NCBI GenBank assembly: GCA_000002435.2
Contig: CM018793.1
Strand: one strand, 5' to 3'
Source: Giardia intestinalis
Lineage: Eukaryota
DNA: 64,000 bases
The translations under genes and the position numbers were made by a program. Shown here piece after piece: positions 61,478 to 64,000 of the stretch (position 1 is its first letter; each line of letters opens with the position of its first letter). Under the pieces are notes generated by a model. It was not told the DNA's origin. It made no database searches and saw nothing but the letters and a program-made list of their open reading frames with translations.

Positions 61478-64000
61478 TTACTTTTCGTATAGAAGGAGGC
61501 TATAATAAGCATTCAACCGCTTGAACTTATCATGCGGTATCATGCGCAATATGCTAGCTATAAATTTAATGTCTCTAGTGATCCGCAGAAGCGGCAAATA
61601 GGCAAGGAAAAGCCCAACTACCATGATGCACAGAGAGCTAATCAAAATATCTATCCAAAAGGCGTTTGTTCGCAGCCTGTCCAACAGCACAGATTGCAGC
61701 TCTTGTTGGTACAGACCCAATAGTATTTCTAGCTCCCCAGTGTTAACTATGCACTGTAAGATAGAGTTATACAAGGCATCCTTCTTTTGCATATCATCCT
61801 TGACTTTTGAGGTGGATTTGTGTTGGTACAGAATCGATTCGCTGATGAAGTCGGTGTAGAGGGCGGTGTTGTCGTCGCGAAGGACGCTGTTGTACATGCT
61901 CATCATGTCTCTGTGGAATATCGAAAGAATTCGTATGATGCTCGGCAAACTGTAGTTGCCAAGCTCCTGTCTGTCTGCATCTAGAATTTCCTGAATCTTG
62001 CTGTCGTGAGAAAACACGCTTATGTTGTAGATGTATTGTGTCCAATTAACATTCCTGGCAGTTAAACTTTCAATATCAAAAATGGTAGAAAATTTGTTGA
62101 CTGTTTTTTGATAAATCTCTCTATAAATATCGTATCTGTCTTTATTTGTAATTGTAATATTTAGCGTTGAAGCTAACTGGAAAAAGTCTATCCGATTGTC
62201 ATCTAAATAACTTGCAATCGACCTGTAGAGCGGATTCGTCAAACCAGAGGTCACAAGTTCATTTAGATATACTTGTGAACTATTATAATCCACTGACCAC
62301 AAGGCATGTGCTTCTTTAAAGATGGAGCTTAGTAGTGCGGTGTAAATATCTCCCTGCTGGATGGCCCAGTACAGCATGGCCAGATCCCTGATAGCCTCAT
62401 ACTGGAAGGATATGCTCAGGATGTTGGTTGTATCATGGAAGGCTCTGTATACGTGAGTATCAAAAGTTAGTGACCCACCGACAATAGGATAGATTGACGC
62501 TGAGTCGAGGAACAACTTCTTCTGACGAAAGTTACGCTGACTGGCAAGGCTTTGATTCAGCCACGTTGCGCTGATATAGGGGATCTGCAATCCCTTGTTG
62601 AGCTCCAAGAAGCTCATGCTATAGAACAATTCATCGGCGCTGCTCCGCAACTCCTTCAATCTTAATGACAAGTCCACAAGTCTACACTCATCTGAGGAGC
62701 TCGTCATGCAAGCTAAAACCTTCAGTAACTTAGATCTGGTCATGGAGGTGTCATGTACCAATCTGGTTATAACGTAAAGGAGCTTTTCTATGTATAGCAA
62801 TAGGTTGGTGTAGTAGACCAAACACAGAGAAATAACGACAAATAGCACCGCCATGAGAATGAGAAGTATCCTTCTAATGGTGATCATAACGCTATAGCAT
62901 TTCCGCTGCTTGAAGAGAAGTTCTGGGCGTAGTTGGTCTATCATTGCATCGTTTTTCGCTAAGAACGGGAAGAGAACAGAGAAAGTAGTTGTCAGATACT
63001 CCATAATCACTATTACGCAGCATATGATACCGAGTCCGAAGATGTATGGACCTATTGTGAACAATCCAACGGTGAGGCCACTACGTTCAACCCAGGCATT
63101 GTGCTTTTGGGCTGCTTGCTCCAAGTTACTGAACATTATCGTGTTTAGAAGCTCTATCAGTTCTACATAGTTGTCCAGGTGATACTTTGAGATCTGCTGA
63201 TTATAGGAGATAAATGCTACAAGGTTATGGGGGATAAGGTCACTACTTGTGTAGGGATAACCAGACAGATGCGGCATCGGATCGACACTTAGAGGACTGA
63301 ACTGATAACGATAAGGATTATGCTCTATTTGATCGCTCTGTGGATTCGTTGGCTCGTTAAAGTCTATCATGTCCTTGACAAATTTTCGGGGAGCACGTAG
63401 CGCATACAACACGCCGCTAGGAGTTATCTCCTCTAGGTTTTCAAGTATTTCTACAAAGGGGTTAACGATAGGATCTTGAGATGTCGGCGATTTAGCTAGG
63501 GTTTTCTCACGCCACAAGCAGTAATACCCCAACGCTCGCCTAGTGGCCCCTAGATACCGAATCATTCCTTGGGACAGCGTATTAAGAGATAAGAGATGAG
63601 AGTGTTGAGCAAACCGCGTCACTGCTGGCCGCTTATAATAGTATAAAATATTAGTATGAGTGGAGCCAGGTTGGACCATGTCCTGAAGAAAATGCGTCTC
63701 AGAAAGGCTTTTCCCAGTCCTCTTCGGTATCTCTGCTCGTAACCATGTGAGAAAGCGCTGCGACTCAAGGCTATTAGCATACAAGATAGCATTATAATAA
63801 GGAATAGCTAGTTGCTCCGGAAGTAAAAGCATAAGCTCGTTCATAACTGCATATGCATTACCATTTGGTCCAGTTATGAAATCCATGTGGCGCTGTCTCC
63901 GTCTGGAGGCTGCCGAAATTTTCTTGACTCTGCTTTCAAGTATGCTTCTAGCTGCTCGAGAGTCCAGTGTTCCGTTATTCAATTCATAATTTAGAATGAG
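61478..64000 (-). CDS. Hypothetical multi-pass membrane protein. It is 5'-partial: the frame stays open to the window end, and the track start at 63982 is TTG.
   Basis: Several hydrophobic helices (LFTIGPYIFGLGIICCVIVIMEYL; ILLILMAVLFVVISLCLVYY; ILISSLCIMVVGLFLAYLPLL). Its stop at 61478-61480 is only 3 nt from the next gene's ATG. Confidence 0.7.
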   Translation of the reverse strand, partial: LILNYELNNGTLDSRAARSILESRVKKISAASRRRQRHMDFITGPNGNAYAVMNELMLLLPEQLAIPYYNAILYANSLESQRFLTWLRAEIPKRTGKSLSETHFLQDMVQPGSTHTNILYYYKRPAVTRFAQHSHLLSLNTLSQGMIRYLGATRRALGYYCLWREKTLAKSPTSQDPIVNPFVEILENLEEITPSGVLYALRAPRKFVKDMIDFNEPTNPQSDQIEHNPYRYQFSPLSVDPMPHLSGYPYTSSDLIPHNLVAFISYNQQISKYHLDNYVELIELLNTIMFSNLEQAAQKHNAWVERSGLTVGLFTIGPYIFGLGIICCVIVIMEYLTTTFSVLFPFLAKNDAMIDQLRPELLFKQRKCYSVMITIRRILLILMAVLFVVISLCLVYYTNLLLYIEKLLYVITRLVHDTSMTRSKLLKVLACMTSSSDECRLVDLSLRLKELRSSADELFYSMSFLELNKGLQIPYISATWLNQSLASQRNFRQKKLFLDSASIYPIVGGSLTFDTHVYRAFHDTTNILSISFQYEAIRDLAMLYWAIQQGDIYTALLSSIFKEAHALWSVDYNSSQVYLNELVTSGLTNPLYRSIASYLDDNRIDFFQLASTLNITITNKDRYDIYREIYQKTVNKFSTIFDIESLTARNVNWTQYIYNISVFSHDSKIQEILDADRQELGNYSLPSIIRILSIFHRDMMSMYNSVLRDDNTALYTDFISESILYQHKSTSKVKDDMQKKDALYNSILQCIVNTGELEILLGLYQQELQSVLLDRLRTNAFWIDILISSLCIMVVGLFLAYLPLLRITRDIKFIASILRMIPHDKFKRLNAYYSLLLYEK

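Noticed and set aside
161-63982. Non-ATG starts in the ORF track (TTG at 161, 6856, 15582, 41090, 43700 and 63982; GTG at 25642 and 27766).
   Set aside because: Giardia uses ATG. Where an in-frame ATG with an AT-rich initiator exists downstream (6742, 15534, 43760, 25426 and 27982) I used it. At the window edges (161 and 63982) the frames are open to the edge, so those ends are left uncertain.

Overview
The window reads as nuclear DNA from a diplomonad, almost certainly Giardia intestinalis (lamblia). The case rests on five things I can see in the sequence. Four cysteine-rich CXXC surface-protein genes end in the invariant ...GFLCWWFVCRGKA* tail of variant-specific surface proteins (VSPs). 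An AGTAAAC (AGTRAAY) polyadenylation signal sits 8-10 nt after each VSP stop. Short AT-rich initiator elements abut start codons (e.g. taattaaaaATGg at 10536, acattaaaaaATGg on the minus strand at 51877, aaaagtaaaatATG at 61474). Genes are intron-less and packed with 3-150 bp spacers. Two ankyrin-repeat 'protein 21.1'-type genes are present.

Gene content from left to right: a RING-H2 membrane protein; a ~1,670-aa hypothetical protein; a Ser/Pro-rich protein; a Thr-rich single-pass membrane protein; a Dus3-type tRNA-dihydrouridine synthase with a CCCH finger; VSP-A; then a near-perfect palindrome of about 24.1 kb; then VSP-C, which carries 201-bp in-frame tandem repeats; a 2.6-kb stretch with no long ORF; an ankyrin/coiled-coil 21.1 protein; a 1,244-aa coiled-coil protein; a DEAD-box helicase; an ankyrin+RING protein; two tandem paralogous coiled-coil genes; and two large hypothetical genes, the last of which runs off the window.

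The palindrome is the dominant feature. Its arms are 14,636-25,925 and 27,483-38,772, mirrored about coordinate 26,704, with a 1,557-bp asymmetric spacer between them. I found 3 mismatches when hand-aligning the inner ~280 bp (25,651-25,929) and the ~15,190-15,220 stretch of each arm; identity over the rest of the ~11.3 kb is inferred from the mirrored ORF track, so 3 is a minimum count. Each arm carries one copy of an identical 655-aa VSP; the two copies diverge head-to-head from the spacer. Each arm also carries a GC-rich, gene-poor block of about 8.7 kb that holds a glutathione-S-transferase-fold ORF and a helix-turn-helix-like ORF. The outer arm boundaries fall in the conserved 3' ends of two unrelated VSP genes.

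The ORF track uses TTG and GTG as starts. I trimmed several N-termini to the first ATG that has an AT-rich initiator.
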